Shown piece by piece: positions 61,845 to 64,000 of a stretch of DNA of 64,000 bases (position 1 is its first letter; each line of letters starts with the position of its first letter). The position numbers and the translations under genes were made by a program. This DNA is from Chiloscyllium plagiosum (Eukaryota). The notes below the pieces were generated by a model. It saw nothing but the letters and a program-made list of their open reading frames with translations, was not told where the DNA came from and did not search any database. The DNA lies in NCBI RefSeq assembly GCF_004010195.1, contig NC_057719.1, positions 31,042,957 through 31,106,956 on the forward strand, in the 5' to 3' direction.

Positions 61845-63925
61845 CATTACAGTGCAGTACAGACCCTTCTGCCCTCGATGTTGCGCCGCTCTGTGAAACC
61901 AGTCTGAAGCCCATCTAATCTATACTATACCATTCTCATCCATATGCCTATCCAATGACCATTTAAATGCCTGTAAAGTTGGCAAGTCTACAACTGATGC
62001 AGGCAGTGCATTCCACGCCCCTACTACTCTCTGAGTAAAGAACCTACCTCTGACATCTCTCCTATATCTATCACCCCTCAATTTGAAGCTATGTCCCCTT
62101 GTGCTAGCTATCACCATCTGAGGAAAAAGGCCCTCACTGTCCACCTGATATAACCCTCTGATTATCTTGTAAGTCTCAATTGAGTCACCTTTCAATCTTC
62201 CTTTCTCTAAAGAAAACAGCCTCAAGTCCCTCAATCTGTCCTCGTAAGACTTTCCCTCCATACCAGGCAACATGCTAGTAAATATATTGGTACCTCTCTG
62301 GTTCAGCTGAAGACCATCCTGTTTGTAGAGGTCCCACCTACTGCAGAGGGAGCCCCAATTATCCAGGAATCCAAAATCTTCCCTCCTGCACCATCCCTGT
62401 AGCCACGTGTTCAACTCCTCTCTCTCCCAATTCCTCGCCTCACTATCACATGGCACGGGTACAAACCAGAGGTAACAACTCTGTTTCTCCTGGCTCTAAG
62501 CTTCTGTTGGAGAATTGAGCCCAATTAATTAGAGATCATAAACACATAGATTGGACTGAGAACTGACTGAGGATTTATTTAACTAACAGTGGTATCGCGG
62601 TAGAGACTTGACTCCCACTGAAACAGTCACTGACAGGCTGTTCAGAAGGAACCACAGCTTCTTCCCCGAACAGAGAATACAGTGGAGATTTATACCCTTA
62701 CAACACTGACGTGTGAGTTATGAGACAACGGTGTGAGTTGTACAACAAAGAGAAATAAAGATCATTTATTAAAAAGATTCGTGTCCAGTGTCTGACAATG
62801 AGTTTCTTAATTGACTCGGGAGATTCTGATCCTTGGCTGGAGTAGATGTTAGTGGGTTTCATCCTGGTGTCATTGTGTTCGTATTGTTGAGGGGACAGGT
62901 GAAGTACCCTTGGTGAGTCCTTGTCTGGGTACTCTTTGTAAAGGCTTGACTCCTAGTGAGAGCAGCTGTGCCCTAAGGACATCAGAGGTGCTGGGCTATT
63001 GTGGAGTGCGAGGCTAATCAGTTAATCTGAAGAAGTATGTTCTATTGGTCTGGGGCTGGATGAATCATGTCCAAAGGTATGTGTGTTGTCTGGGGCAGCT
63101 GGTTTGGCCAATTTGAGGCATTGTGGGTAGGCTTAGTGGCTAAGTGCAGATATTTTGTGTTATCTGTTTTGTGGCCATGTCATAGTGAGGCCGGGACCCG
63201 TATTTTCTCCCACAGCTTCAATCCTAGCTCCCTGAATTTCTCCCTTAAATCCCCATCTCTTTTCCTACCTATGTCATTGCTGCCTATGTTAATGACAGCG
63301 TGGGGCTACTTCCCCCTCCCCCACAAAGATCCCGAAAACACGATCAGAGACATGTTGAACCCTGGCACCTGGGAGGCAACACACCAACCATGAGTCTCTC
63401 TCGTTCCCACAAAACGTCATGTCTGTCCCCATAACTATGGAGTTCCCAATGATTAATGCTCTGCTTCTCTTCCCCCTTCCCTTCTAAGCAACAGGGATAG
63501 ACTCTGAGTCAGATACCTGTGCCCCATTGCTTACCCCTGGTAAGTACTCCCACCCAAACAGTATCCAAAACAGTATACTTGTTGTTGAGGGGAACGGCCA
63601 CAGAAGATCTCTGCATTGCCTGCTGGTTCCCTTTCCATCCGCTGACAGTAACACATCCACCTTCTTGTAGCTGAGGTGTGACTACCTCCCTGTAACTCCT
63701 CACAATAACCCCCTCTGCCTCACGAATGATCTGAAGTTCATCCAGCTCCAGCTCCAGTTCCCTAATGCAGTTATCGAGGAGCTGAAGTTGGGTGCATTTC
63801 CCACAGATGCAGTCAGCAGGGACACTGCTGGTGACCCTTACCTCCCCCATTCTGCAGGAGGAGCATTCAACTGCCCTAACCTCCATTGCCACTATTCTAA
63901 ATTCCCTACGAGTCTACTGAAAACT
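61845..63925 (-). mobile_element. CR1 ORF1 joined directly to an ORF2 3' end, with a solo LTR inserted
   Basis: ORF 63509-63892 zinc finger/zipper; ORF 61920-62456 runs from the esterase (DLYKQDGLQLN) straight into MLPGMEG..LFSLEK..WNALP. Confidence 0.8.
62505..63214. mobile_element. Solo LTR (710 bp)
   Basis: TG...CA ends, terminal inverted TGTTGGAGAA/TTCTCCCACA, 5-bp TSD GCTTC; CR1 ORF1 is continuous across it. Confidence 0.85.
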
Positions 63926-64000
63926 AAAAGAGATGCTGGCAAACCTGCTGAGATTTTCCAGCAACTTCTGGTTTTTGTTTACCTCTGATGGGGTGATCAA

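Overview
Repeat-dense vertebrate DNA, almost certainly from a shark, based on HE1-type V-SINEs with (TAATC)n tails and HER1/CR1 LINEs. There are no prokaryotic genes, CRISPR arrays or rRNA. Most of the window is nested, decayed mobile DNA: many CR1 LINEs, Rex1/Babar LINEs, an internally deleted L1, about 10 HE1 SINEs, Deu-type SINEs, pogo/Tigger MITEs, a hAT transposase fossil, a Gmr1-type Gypsy (integrase before RT), a second Gypsy of 11.5 kb holding several layers of insertions, a deleted ERV with a tRNA-Ser PBS, and solo LTRs. One probable host coding exon lies at 38390-38513 (+); I cannot name the gene. The most interesting signals are: (1) a dozen or more minimal hammerhead-ribozyme motifs on three families of Penelope-like element ends, several as short fold-back insertions that invert at the ribozyme; (2) a tRNA-Leu-derived sequence with a recoded anticodon and an intact acceptor stem fused to a young CR1 3' fragment; (3) an array of about 22 Pol III B-box-like motifs in the ERV leader; (4) a CR1 whose interior is replaced by about 2.1 kb of unrelated DNA. 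All calls are by eye with no database searches, and boundaries of old repeats are approximate. I found no convincingly new protein-coding system.
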